Source: Acidobacteriota bacterium
GTDB lineage: Bacteria; Acidobacteriota; UBA890; WLXD01
DNA: 64,000 nucleotides
Assembly: GCA_963666215.2 (NCBI GenBank)
Contig: CAXWPL010000002.1
Coordinates: forward strand, 384,001 to 448,000
Reading direction: 5' to 3'
Shown: piece after piece, positions 9,751 through 20,496 of the stretch
Layout: the number at the start of each line of letters is the position of its first letter
Numbering within the stretch: the first letter of the stretch is position 1
Notes under the pieces: model-generated
The model's database searches: none
Seen by the model: only the letters and a program-made list of their open reading frames with translations
What the model was told of the DNA's origin: nothing
Made by a program: the position numbers and the translations under genes

Positions 9751-11085
9751 TCAGCTCGCTTTTGGTTCGTTCTGGTCGTCGCTCTCGTTTCTCTCGTGGT
9801 CTCTCTCACATTCTCTCTCCAGCAGACCGGCCAGCTCGCCGATCCATAAGTCGCCGTCGATGGGCTGCGGCGAGAGCAAGAACGCGTCGTCGTAGGTATG
9901 CATTCCGACGAGGTCGGTACGATCGAAGGTGCGCGTCGCCCTGGGCGACGCCTTGAGATCGAATCCCGGCTCGGCCAGAACGACCAGATCCGGACCTTTC
10001 GGAACCCGCGGGCCCGCGTAGATCGCGCTAGCGTCGTAGACTTCGCGAATCGCAGCCGCGCCATCATACCGCAGCTCGCGCAGCCGGTTTTGTAGCTCGA
10101 ACATCAGTGATTTCGCCTCTCCCGGCGCCACGCTGCCGCGCGCGAAGCGGCCGCGACGGTGGATGTAGATGCGGCCGGGATCGAGGGCGAAGGCGCGCGA
10201 ACGCCCGGAGATGGTCTCGAGTCCCAACTGCGGCTCCGAGTCGAACTCCAGGTAGCCGTTCTCCTGCAGCCAGTGGTTGAGCTGGACCTCCTGGCGGATG
10301 GCGCAGAACCCATGGTCGGACAGCAGCCAGGTGCGCTCGCGACAATTCAGCCGATCGAGGATCTCGCCGATCAGCGCGTCGACGGCGCGATGGTAGTCAA
10401 GCGCTTGTTCATGCCGTGGGTGCGAAGGGTCGACGAGGGAGTCCCAAAGGTAGTGATACAGGCGGTCGGTTCCGGTCACGACGATCTGCAGAAAGTCCCA
10501 GTCGACCGACTCCGAGAGGTGGATGAGGGCTTCGCGCCGCGTACGCAGCGACTCGTCCAGCTGTTCGAACAACAGGTCGTGGTCGGTTCGGCAGCGCCCG
10601 GTGTCGATGTCGATGCGGTAGCCCATGCGCCGTAATGGCGCCAGGTGCGTGAGGGGCTTGATTGACTTGGCGAGATCGATCGCCACGAACCCCGAAACGA
10701 TCGCGCCGGGGATGGAGCGTGCCGGGTAGGTTGCCGGTTGGTTGAGCACGACGGATGTGAGACCGCGAGCGCCGAGTCGGTCCCACAAGGTGTCAACCTG
10801 AAGGTCACGGAAGCTCGGAAACCGTAGCTCGTAGGTGTCGACATCGATGTCGGTAAAGCCGAAGATGCCGTGCGTGCCGGGGTCGACGCCGGTCATGAAG
10901 CTCGACCAGCTCACCGACGAGATCTCGGGCAACGACGCGCGGATCTTGCGTAACGAGCCTGATGGGCGAGACTCGATCAGCTCCGCGAGCCGGGGCATGA
11001 CCCCGGAGCCGGTGAGTTGCAGAATCAACCCGTGCGGCACTCCGTCGAGCCCGATGACGCAGGTCCGTCGTCTACCTCCGTTCAT
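9751..11085 (-). CDS. Alkaline phosphatase superfamily (NPP-like) enzyme, cytoplasmic
   Basis: Start MNGGRRR at 11085. GLDG, ISSVSW, DRLYHYLW, SDHGF, VGMH. No signal peptide. Confidence 0.85.
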   Translation of the reverse strand: MNGGRRRTCVIGLDGVPHGLILQLTGSGVMPRLAELIESRPSGSLRKIRASLPEISSVSWSSFMTGVDPGTHGIFGFTDIDVDTYELRFPSFRDLQVDTLWDRLGARGLTSVVLNQPATYPARSIPGAIVSGFVAIDLAKSIKPLTHLAPLRRMGYRIDIDTGRCRTDHDLLFEQLDESLRTRREALIHLSESVDWDFLQIVVTGTDRLYHYLWDSLVDPSHPRHEQALDYHRAVDALIGEILDRLNCRERTWLLSDHGFCAIRQEVQLNHWLQENGYLEFDSEPQLGLETISGRSRAFALDPGRIYIHRRGRFARGSVAPGEAKSLMFELQNRLRELRYDGAAAIREVYDASAIYAGPRVPKGPDLVVLAEPGFDLKASPRATRTFDRTDLVGMHTYDDAFLLSPQPIDGDLWIGELAGLLERECERDHERNESDDQNEPKAS

Positions 11086-11095
11086 GGGCCCGACT

Positions 11096-11695
11096 CTACA
11101 GGTAGCCCAGCGCTTGCAGTCGCTGCTTGATCGCCTCTTCCTCTTCGGGCGTTGTGTCGTCGTCCTCGCCGGGCGGGACGTAGCCGAGCAACTCGAGCGA
11201 GGTGAGGATCTTGTCGAGGCTCTGTTGCAGCGTCTCGGCCTCGGTATCGCACACAATCTCGGGCTTCAGCGGTTCTTCGTACGGGTCCGAGATCCCTGTG
11301 AAGTTCTTGATCTCGCCGGCAAGCGCCTTCTTGTACAGGCCCTTGGGGTCGCGCTCCGACAGGTGCTCGATTGAGCAAGTCGCGTAGACCTCGACGAAGT
11401 TGTCCATGCTCTCGCGCACCTCGTCACGCACCGATCGGTACGGCGAGATGGCCGCCGAGATCGCCACCACACCGTTGCGCGACAGCAAGTTGCAGACGTA
11501 GCCGATGCGTCGAATGTTGATGTCGCGGTCTTCCTTCGAGAACGTGAGGCCCTTGCTGAGGTTGGTGCGGACCTCGTCGCCGTCGAGGATCTCAACCCGG
11601 TGGCCGCGCTCGCGGAGTAGGGGAGCGAGCGCGTTCGAGATCGTCGACTTTCCGGCTCCTGAGAGACCGGTGAACCAGAGGGTGAAGCCTTGCAT
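11096..11695 (-). CDS. cysC: Adenylyl-sulfate (APS) kinase with an extra acidic linker and LQALGYL tail
   Basis: WFTGLSGAGKST P-loop, LDGDEVR, RDPKGLY, FTGISDPYEEP. Confidence 0.95.
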   Translation of the reverse strand: MQGFTLWFTGLSGAGKSTISNALAPLLRERGHRVEILDGDEVRTNLSKGLTFSKEDRDINIRRIGYVCNLLSRNGVVAISAAISPYRSVRDEVRESMDNFVEVYATCSIEHLSERDPKGLYKKALAGEIKNFTGISDPYEEPLKPEIVCDTEAETLQQSLDKILTSLELLGYVPPGEDDDTTPEEEEAIKQRLQALGYL

Positions 11696-11771
11696 GACGT
11701 ACTCCGAAAAGGGTGCGGGGTTGAGCCTGTGGCGGGAATCTTGCGGCTTGCGAAGCCGAACCGGCAGCTGG

Positions 11772-12947
11772 CTAGGCCTTGACGGCGGCCGGCTGCTCGA
11801 TGCCCTGAAAATGCTGCTTGAGGATCGCGGCTATTTCCGGCCGGGTGAACTCGGCCGGTAGGTCCTCGCCGTTTCCGAGCATCTCGCGGATGTTGGTGCC
11901 GCTCAGGAACACGTGGTCTTCCTTGCCGTGCGGGCAGGTTTTTGTCGATCCCATGTTGCCGCAGGCGTTGCAGAAGAACGCATGGTCGAAGAAGAGCGGC
12001 GTGATGCCGATCTCCAACCGATCAAACTCCTGGAAAATCACGTGAGCATCGTAGGTGCCGTAGTAGCCGCCAACCCCAGCGTGATCGCGACCCACGATGA
12101 AGTGTGTGCACCCATAGTTCTTGCGCACGATGGCGTGGAATACGGCCTCACGCGGGCCGGCGTAGCGCATCGCCGCCGGCAGAATCGACATCGCCACGCG
12201 ATCTGGCGGGTAGTAATTGTCGAGCAGAGCGAGGTAGCACTTGAGGCGCACGTCGGCTGGAATGTCGTCCGACTTGGTCTCGCCCATGATCGGGTGGATC
12301 AGCAGCGCATCGACCATCTCGAGGGCGCACTTCTGTAGGTACTCATGTGCCCGGTGGATCGGGTTACGCGTCTGGAATGCGGCCACGCTGTTCCAGCCCT
12401 TGGCCTTGAACAGCACACGCGTCTCGCGCGGGTCAAGCCGGTAGCGTTCCAGCTCGTCGTCTTGCGGCCGCTCGATCACCGTGACCTGGCCGCCGAGGTA
12501 AACATCGCGGGAACGGCGCAGGTAGCCAACTCCGGGGTGCGCGTCGTCGGTTGTACGGAGAACCTTGAGCGCTTCGCGCTCTTTGTCGGGGGTGTAGATG
12601 TTGGAGATCTCGATCATGCCGAACACGGTGCCAGCCTCGTCGACGAGCGCGGCCTCGGTATCGGGCGCCAACCTCTGCGCTTCCTCGGGGCTGCAGCTGA
12701 GCGTGATCGGGATCGTCCAGGGCAGGCCGTTGGCCAGCCGGCCGTTCTCACAGACGCTGTCGTAGTCCGACCGACCCAGGAAGCCGGTGAGTGGGCTCAG
12801 CGCTCCGGTCGCGATCATCTCGAGGTCGCTTGCCTCGCGGCGGTTCATTACGATCTCGGGTAATCCGCCGAGTCGAGCGCGGAGCGCCGTAGTTTCGTCG
12901 TCGGTTGCGAAGCGGCTTACCAGGCGGCCGCCGTGGGCTTTGATCAT
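11772..12947 (-). CDS. sat: Sulfate adenylyltransferase (ATP sulfurylase)
   Basis: [34 protein letters not shown]. Confidence 0.97.
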   Translation of the reverse strand: MIKAHGGRLVSRFATDDETTALRARLGGLPEIVMNRREASDLEMIATGALSPLTGFLGRSDYDSVCENGRLANGLPWTIPITLSCSPEEAQRLAPDTEAALVDEAGTVFGMIEISNIYTPDKEREALKVLRTTDDAHPGVGYLRRSRDVYLGGQVTVIERPQDDELERYRLDPRETRVLFKAKGWNSVAAFQTRNPIHRAHEYLQKCALEMVDALLIHPIMGETKSDDIPADVRLKCYLALLDNYYPPDRVAMSILPAAMRYAGPREAVFHAIVRKNYGCTHFIVGRDHAGVGGYYGTYDAHVIFQEFDRLEIGITPLFFDHAFFCNACGNMGSTKTCPHGKEDHVFLSGTNIREMLGNGEDLPAEFTRPEIAAILKQHFQGIEQPAAVKA

Positions 12948-13162
12948 CAGAGGTACCCCAGGTTTTCGAGTTTCTTACGAATCGCACTGAGCTCGTCGGG
13001 TGGCAGATCGTTGTTCCCCGGCTCTGGGCTCAGGGTGCCGACGAGGTCGCGCAGGACGAACACGATGAAGTCTGTCGGCGAGCTGAAACCGGATCCGTCG
13101 ATGACCTCGACGAGCCGGTTGTACAGCGGCCGCGGAATCTTGATGCTGACGCGATCGCTCAT
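12947..13162 (-). CDS. Small CopG/ribbon-helix-helix protein with C-terminal LENLGYL tail
   Basis: [13 protein letters not shown]...[15 protein letters not shown] fits the RHH pattern. Its stop codon overlaps the sat start (TGATG). Confidence 0.8.
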   Translation of the reverse strand: MSDRVSIKIPRPLYNRLVEVIDGSGFSSPTDFIVFVLRDLVGTLSPEPGNNDLPPDELSAIRKKLENLGYL

Positions 13163-13206
13163 GTTTGGACAGCGGATTTGCCCGCGTCGGGCGGGCTTGG
13201 CGGACC

Positions 13207-13269
13207 GATTGGGTCCTGATTGGGTCCTGATTGTACCCCAATTAGAGCCGGGCGCTAGTCAGCTAGTCA
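13207..13269. repeat. Tandem repeats upstream of the RHH-sat-cysC operon
   Basis: GATTGGGTCCT x2 plus GATTG (13207-13233); GCTAGTCA x2 (13254-13269); minus-strand TACAAT (-10-like) at 13230-13235. Confidence 0.6.
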
Positions 13270-13378
13270 CCCCTCGCAAGAAATTTAATCGCCGGCGCGC
13301 TGTCCAGAAGCCACGCGAGCGTCGCCCCAGTTGCGACCCTACGGATCGGATCGCCCTATTGCGCCAGCTGCAGCCCAG

Positions 13379-14236
13379 CTAGAAGTACTTCGACGCGTGT
13401 CGCAGCAGGTCGTCGTGGACCACGCTGTTCGTCGCCAGCAAACCGCGCATGTTCTCCAGCGCGTTGGCGTCGGTCGCGTCGTAGCGGATCGGCGAGCCGT
13501 CGAAGTCGGTCATGCGGCCGCCGGCCGCGGCGAGGATCGCTTCGGGGGCGCAAGCGTCCCATAGCTTGGTTCCGCGGCTCGGGTGAAGGTACAAGTCGCA
13601 GTCTCGAGTCGAGATCCGTCCGATCTTGAGGCCGACGCTGCCCGACTTGACCATCTGGGTGATCCCCACCTCGTCGGCCATGCGCCGGACGGTCTCGGGG
13701 GTATGGGAGCGGCTGACGATCAGCTTGAGGGCGCTGAGCTCCGACGTGCCGCTCACTGCGAGCGGCGAGACCTCGGTGGCACCGTCGGCTGCCGAAATTG
13801 ATCCGCGGCGAACCACCTCGGCTCCCTCGCCAACGACGCCGCGATAGAGGGTGTCGGTGGCAGGCTGGTAGACAACGCCCATCGTGGGCCGACCGTCGAC
13901 GCACAGACCGATCATGGCGGCGAACTCGTCGGTGTGGTTGATGAACTCCTTGGTGCCGTCCATGGGATCGACCATCCAAACGCGGTGCTTGCCGACGAGC
14001 GCGTCCGTGTCGATCGATTCCTCTGAGAGGACGCCGTCTGAGGGGAACGCGGCGTTCAGGCGCGAGACGATGAGGCGGCTGGATGCGTGATCGGCCTCGG
14101 TAACCGGATCGGCCTCGCCCTTGAGCTCGACGGTGTAGTCGCCGCGGTAGTAGCTCATCAGGACGGCGCCTGCGTCGCGCACGATCTCCTCGATCGTGGT
14201 GAGCTGCTGGCGCTGTAGGCTGGCAAGCGTGGACAT
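13379..14236 (-). CDS. cysQ: 3'(2'),5'-bisphosphate nucleotidase (PAP phosphatase)
   Basis: PVTEAD, LSEE, WMVDPMDGTKEF, SRSH, WDACAP inositol-monophosphatase-family motifs. Adjacent to sat/cysC. Confidence 0.9.
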   Translation of the reverse strand: MSTLASLQRQQLTTIEEIVRDAGAVLMSYYRGDYTVELKGEADPVTEADHASSRLIVSRLNAAFPSDGVLSEESIDTDALVGKHRVWMVDPMDGTKEFINHTDEFAAMIGLCVDGRPTMGVVYQPATDTLYRGVVGEGAEVVRRGSISAADGATEVSPLAVSGTSELSALKLIVSRSHTPETVRRMADEVGITQMVKSGSVGLKIGRISTRDCDLYLHPSRGTKLWDACAPEAILAAAGGRMTDFDGSPIRYDATDANALENMRGLLATNSVVHDDLLRHASKYF

Positions 14237-14481
14237 GCGCGCGGTCGGATGTTCGGGCGGCGGGACAGGAGTGAGTACGCGGGCGTTGGCCCTGCTGCGG
14301 CCAGCGGCGGCAGCTTACCAACGCGATCGCAGGCGAGTGTGCGCGGGCCGCGATAAAGCGCTGGCCGAAGCGAATCGGTGTCGTTCGCTTGACGCGCGTC
14401 GACGGCGCTCGCAGCATCTAGCAGTTCTCCGCCATCGACTGCGGCTGCTTCCGCCACCACCGCCAACTCGAGGAGTCGAAG

Positions 14482-14886
14482 ATGTCCGTCGAAAGACAAT
14501 TGACCGTGGCCTGGCAGAACCAACCGGGCGAGCTAGCCAATTGCTGCGAACAGCTCTCCGCGGCCGGCCTCAACATCGTCGCTCTGGCCACGGCTGAGGC
14601 CGGTGAGTACGGCGCCATGCGGATCCTGGTGGACGACGTGTCGCGCGCTCGCGAGGTGTTCCGCAACGCCGGAGTTGCTCACACGACCATCGAGGTCCTG
14701 GTTGTCCACATGAACAACCACTCCGGCAGCCTCGCGACTCTCGCGCGCCTGCTGTCGGACAACAAGATCAACATCGAGTACTTCTACGCTTCGGCGTCAC
14801 CAAGCTCGGAATCGGCAGTGGGTGTGTTCAAGGTCTCGGATGCCTACCGCGCCGACGAGATCCTGGCAGAGGCAGAAACCGCCTGA
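14482..14886 (+). CDS. Tandem ACT-domain protein
   Basis: NQPGEL...GLNI and NHSGSLA...KINIEY repeats. AGGAG RBS. Confidence 0.85.
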   Translation: MSVERQLTVAWQNQPGELANCCEQLSAAGLNIVALATAEAGEYGAMRILVDDVSRAREVFRNAGVAHTTIEVLVVHMNNHSGSLATLARLLSDNKINIEYFYASASPSSESAVGVFKVSDAYRADEILAEAETA

Positions 14887-15004
14887 GTGGCGCGGGCCGA
14901 GCATGGTTTTGCTCGGCTCCCATTCCCACTCAAAGTCCCGGTCCCCTCCGATTACACCGTTCACCGCGGCTCGCGCGAGAACGCCGCTCTTTCCGGACAA
15001 CGAT

Positions 15005-15952
15005 ATGGACGTACTGCTCGAAACCGACCTGCCCGGCGTGGACCTTCTGCATCGCGGCAAGGTCCGCGACGTTTACGGACTCGATGATCACCTGTTGATT
15101 GTCACCACCGACCGAGTCTCGGCTTTCGACTGCGTGTTGCCGAACGGGATCCCGCACAAGGGACATGTGTTGACGGCGCTGTCGACGTTCTGGTTCGATC
15201 GGCTCGCCGAGCACGTGCGCAACCACTTGGCCGCGCGGTCCGTCGACGAGTACCCGGCACACCTTCGGCGCTTCGCCGACCAGTTAGTGGGTCGCAGCAT
15301 GTTCGTTCGGCGGGCCGAGCGGTTCGACGTCGAGTGCGTTGTGCGCGGATACCTCATCGGTTCGGGCTGGAAGGACTATCAGGCCAGCGGAGCTGTTTGC
15401 GACATTCCCTTGCCGCGGGGATTGCAGCTCGCCGAGCAGTTGCCCGAGCCGATCTTTACGCCTGCCACCAAGGCCGACAGCGGACACGACGAGAACATCG
15501 GCTTCGAGCGCATGGCGACGATCGTAGGCAGCGACTGGGCTGAGCGCCTACGCGAAGTGTCGCTGTCGCTGTACGCGCAGGCGTCGGCCTACGCTCGTGA
15601 GCGAGGCATCATCATCGCCGACACGAAGTTCGAATTCGGCCTGATCGACGGCGAGTTGACGCTGATCGACGAGGCCCTGACGCCCGACTCGTCGCGCTTT
15701 TGGCCGGCCGAAAGCTACCGCGTAGGGGAGAGTCCACCTTCGTTCGACAAGCAGTTCGTGCGCGACTACCTGAGCACTCTCGACTGGGATCGTACGCCGC
15801 CGGCGCCGGGGCTGCCCGAAGAGGTCGTGTGGGGCACCAGCGACAGGTACCTCGAGGCGCACGAGTTGCTCACCGGGAAGGCGCTGGCGATCGCGCCGAA
15901 GGCAGTGGACACCACGGTCCCGACGGACACCCCGGGAGAACCAACGGCGTGA
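15005..15952 (+). CDS. purC: SAICAR synthetase
   Basis: GKVRDVY, DRVSAFD, ECVVRGY, TPATKA, ADTKFEFG, TPDSSRFW. Confidence 0.95.
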   Translation: MDVLLETDLPGVDLLHRGKVRDVYGLDDHLLIVTTDRVSAFDCVLPNGIPHKGHVLTALSTFWFDRLAEHVRNHLAARSVDEYPAHLRRFADQLVGRSMFVRRAERFDVECVVRGYLIGSGWKDYQASGAVCDIPLPRGLQLAEQLPEPIFTPATKADSGHDENIGFERMATIVGSDWAERLREVSLSLYAQASAYARERGIIIADTKFEFGLIDGELTLIDEALTPDSSRFWPAESYRVGESPPSFDKQFVRDYLSTLDWDRTPPAPGLPEEVVWGTSDRYLEAHELLTGKALAIAPKAVDTTVPTDTPGEPTA

Positions 15953-16167
15953 GCTCCTCCGGGGACCTGGGCCAGCAGATGCGGTCGCTCGTCGAGAGCC
16001 TGATCGAGCGCGGCATACGGTTGGACGAGGCGCACGAGCAACTCGAGCGACACTTCCTTTCGAGCGTCATGTCGATCTGTTCTGGCAATCAGTCTCGCGC
16101 CGCCGCGCAGCTGCAGTTGCACCGCAACACGCTCCGACGGAAGCTCGAGCGTCACGGCCTTCTGTAG
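15949..16167 (+). CDS. Small Fis-type helix-turn-helix protein
   Basis: GNQSRAAAQLQLHRNTLRRKL. GTG start overlaps the purC stop. Confidence 0.75.
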   Translation: MSSSGDLGQQMRSLVESLIERGIRLDEAHEQLERHFLSSVMSICSGNQSRAAAQLQLHRNTLRRKLERHGLL

Positions 16168-16208
16168 CGGACCATCTGGGCTGGAGCGAACGATCCACGG
16201 AGGGTTGT

Positions 16209-16237
16209 TTGACGTCTTCGAGGGTCGCTGCTAGTGT
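16209..16237 (+). promoter_or_regulatory. Sigma70-type promoter for groESL
   Basis: TTGACG (16209-16214), 17-nt spacer, TG-extended TAGTGT (16232-16237). Confidence 0.7.
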
Positions 16238-16263
16238 TGGCACTCGAACCATGAGAGTGCTAG
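16237..16263 (+). promoter_or_regulatory. CIRCE operator (HrcA binding site)
   Basis: TTGGCACTC-N9-GAGTGCTAG versus consensus TTAGCACTC-N9-GAGTGCTAA, upstream of groES. Confidence 0.92.
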
Positions 16264-16375
16264 CGAACCCGCTCTGAGAGCGCCAAATTCCGCGCGCCAC
16301 GCGGGCTTCGCCGCGCCACCATTTTTCACCCCAAACGCACCTACTGTGCGTCTCGCGTAACGAAAGGAGTCATTC

Positions 16376-16687
16376 ATGGCCAAGGCTGCGAGTGCGGTTC
16401 GCGTTCGGCCGCTCTACGACAGGGTCGTGGTTCGTCGCATCGAGAGCGACGACGAAGAGGTTAGTGGAGGGATCATCATTCCCGACACCGCCAAAGAGAA
16501 GCCGCTCGAGGCAATGGTTGTTGCCGTTGGCGAAGGCAAGCGCCTCGATGATGGCTCGCACGCTGCGATGGCCGTCAAGCCTGGTGACACCGTGCTGATC
16601 GGCAAGTACAGCGGCACCGATCTGAAGCTCGACGGTGTGGAATACGTCATCGTCCGTGAGGACGACATTCTCGGAATCGTCAACTAG
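16376..16687 (+). CDS. groES: Co-chaperonin GroES
   Basis: [28 protein letters not shown]. Confidence 0.98.
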   Translation: MAKAASAVRVRPLYDRVVVRRIESDDEEVSGGIIIPDTAKEKPLEAMVVAVGEGKRLDDGSHAAMAVKPGDTVLIGKYSGTDLKLDGVEYVIVREDDILGIVN

Positions 16688-16758
16688 GCACCGTACCGCG
16701 GCACTGCGTGCCCCGGCACTCCCGACACTCATCACGACAACTGAAACAAGAGAGGTGA

Positions 16759-18396
<1,638 letters not shown>

Positions 18397-18425
18397 CCCG
18401 TTCTCGCCGGCTCGAAAGCCAATGG

Positions 18426-18466
18426 AGAGGGCCTGGGGCGGTATTGCCTCGGGCCCTTTCTATTTT
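18426..18466 (+). terminator. Rho-independent terminator after groEL
   Basis: AGGGCCTGGGGC / GCCTCGGGCCCT stem followed by TTCTATTTT. Confidence 0.8.
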
Positions 18467-18598
18467 GTGCAAGCCTCTGCCGTCGCAGCCACGACGTCCT
18501 TTGCCCGGCCCTAACCAGCTTGCTACGATAGGCGCTACGCTACGCGGCCTTCTGCCGGTCCCGTTCCCGAAGCGATCTCGGACCTAGGAGTGCGTGAG

Positions 18599-19144
18599 AT
18601 GAGAACTGGAACTTCTTTACTGTTGGGCGCGGCCCTTGTGGGCTCGACCTGGATGGCCACAACGCCTGCATCGCAGACCGGCGGAATTGGCCTGGTCAAT
18701 GGGGCGCGGATCCTCGAGGGATCGAACATCGGCCGTCAGGCCCGTGAGCAGCTCGAGACCGCGGCCGGAAGCTGGGAGCAGCGCATCGCCACCGCGGGTA
18801 GCGAGCTCGAGACGCTGACACGTCAGCGGCAGGAGCAGTCGCTCACGCTGAACGTCCAGGCGCTGGCTCGCCTCAACCAGGACATCGAAGAGAAGCAGGT
18901 AATGGTTACGCGAATGCAGGACGATGCGCGGCGCGAGCTGCAGCGCTTCGAGCTGGAGGTGACCGGCCAGGTCAACAGCCAGCTCGGCCCGCTGGTGGAG
19001 CAGTTTGCCCAGCAGCAGGGGCTCGACATGATTTTCGACACGTCGCAGACGCAGGGCCTGCTCTACTTTGGCGCAGCTCGCGATATGACCGATAGCTTCC
19101 TGGCTCTCGTCAACAGCACGCCGGCTCCGACGTCGGCGCAGTAG
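18599..19144 (+). CDS. skp: OmpH/Skp periplasmic chaperone
   Basis: Signal peptide, IGLVNGARIL, coiled coil, GLDMIFD...DMT. Confidence 0.75.
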   Translation: MRTGTSLLLGAALVGSTWMATTPASQTGGIGLVNGARILEGSNIGRQAREQLETAAGSWEQRIATAGSELETLTRQRQEQSLTLNVQALARLNQDIEEKQVMVTRMQDDARRELQRFELEVTGQVNSQLGPLVEQFAQQQGLDMIFDTSQTQGLLYFGAARDMTDSFLALVNSTPAPTSAQ

Positions 19145-19157
19145 CAAGACCTCTTCC

Positions 19158-19535
19158 GCGAGGCAGGGGAACCGCTGTCGTGCTCGCGAGAGCCCGGCAG
19201 AGGAAAGTCCGGACTCCATAGGGCCGTGTGCTGGGTAACGCCCAGCGGGGGCAACCCCGGGAAAGTGCCACAGAGAACAGACCGCCTCCGGGCGCGCCGC
19301 GAGGCCGCACGGCGGTAAGGGTGAAACGGTGGGGTAAGAGCCCACCAGTGCTCGCGGTGACGTGGGTAGCTAGGTAAACCCCACACGGAGCAAGGCCAAA
19401 TAGAGGGGCGACGGGTTGGGCCCGGCTCATGCCCCCGGGTAGGCTGCATCAGGCGGCGGGGAACCGTCGTCGCAGATTCATGGTTCCCAGCTCGGCGTCA
19501 GCCGGGTGAACAGAATCCGGCTTACTCGCCTCGCG
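19158..19535 (+). ncRNA. rnpB: RNase P RNA (class A)
   Basis: GAGGAAAGTCCGGACT, AAGTGCCACAGAGAACAGACCGC, GGGTGAAACGG, GAGCAAGGCCAAATAG, ACAGAATCCGGCTTA. Ends pair to form P1. Confidence 0.96.
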
Positions 19536-19733
19536 GAAGTTCTTTTCTCGCTGCCGCCCGCTGCCCTGATTGACGGGGCAGCGGGCAAGCGCGCGCGACA
19601 GTCCTGGGGCCTACCTATCTGATTACGGTTCGATTTCTCGGACTCTCCCAGCGCCGCCAAATTGCGGCCCTTCGATTCGCCATTTGGCCCCAACCCCCAC
19701 CGGTCTGAGAGAAGTCCGATTCTCGGACTTCTC

Positions 19734-20198
19734 TCAGAAGGGGATGTCGTCGTCGGTGACGGGTGGGGTTGCAGATCCGCCGCCGCCACCCGGGTCGCCG
19801 CCGCCGCCACCCGGGTCGCCGCCGCCGCCACCCGGGCCGCCGTAGCTCTGGCCACCGCCGCCGCCACCATCGCTTGCTCGGCCGAGCATCTGGATGTTGT
19901 CGGCCACGACCTCGGTGGTGTACCGGGTGTTGCCGTCGCGGTCTTCCCACTGTCGGGTTTCCAAGCGTCCCTCGATGTAGACCTGTTTTCCCTTGCCCAT
20001 GTACTGGCCGACGATCTCGGCGAGGCGCCTCCAGGCGACGATACGGTGCCACTCAGTTTTTTCCTGGCGCTGCCCGTCCTTGTCGTTCCAGCGGCGGGTC
20101 GTGGCGAGGCTGAAGTTGGCGACCGCCGTGCCACTCTGCGTGTACTTCACCTCGGGGTCGCGTCCGAGGTTGCCAACCAGAATGACTTTGTTGACCAT
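19734..20198 (-). CDS. ssb: Single-stranded DNA-binding protein
   Basis: [23 protein letters not shown]-terminal DDDIPF. Confidence 0.97.
   Translation of the reverse strand: MVNKVILVGNLGRDPEVKYTQSGTAVANFSLATTRRWNDKDGQRQEKTEWHRIVAWRRLAEIVGQYMGKGKQVYIEGRLETRQWEDRDGNTRYTTEVVADNIQMLGRASDGGGGGGQSYGGPGGGGGDPGGGGGDPGGGGGSATPPVTDDDIPF
19777..19836. repeat. 21-bp tandem repeat (~2.9 copies) encoding DPGGGGG in the Ssb linker
   Basis: CCGCCGCCGCCACCCGGGTCG units. Confidence 0.85.
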
Positions 20199-20496
20199 CG
20201 ATTTTCCTCTCGTCCAGTGTGTTGCGGTCGGGCTCGGGTCCGGGAGTCGTTCGCGTTCAGGTGGATGTAGATATCAGACGATCACGCGGCCGGAAGTTCC
20301 CGCCATCCGTCAGCGTCCCAGGCACTGCGGCCCGGCGCACTGTCGAGCCGAGGCCGAAACAGATGGCAGCGGCGGCGTGCGTGAAGGTGCCGTAGCCTAC
20401 GCTCTCAGCTCCCCGAGCGAAACCAGGGACGCTCCTGAGAGCATGGCCGTCATCCCTGAAAAGCTGAGCCGCGGCCGCCGCGTGGTCGGTCGCGCC

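Noticed and set aside
11772-12947. sat as a marker of dissimilatory sulfate reduction or cysteine biosynthesis
   Set aside because: No apr/dsr/qmo or cysH/cysI in the window; linkage to cysC and cysQ fits PAPS supply better.
19063-19449. ORFs on the minus strand of rnpB
   Set aside because: Spurious frames over the RNase P RNA gene.
20378-20412. GAAGG...CTCTCAG resemblance to a glycine riboswitch
   Set aside because: The GGAGA element and P1 are missing, and no gene lies downstream in that orientation.
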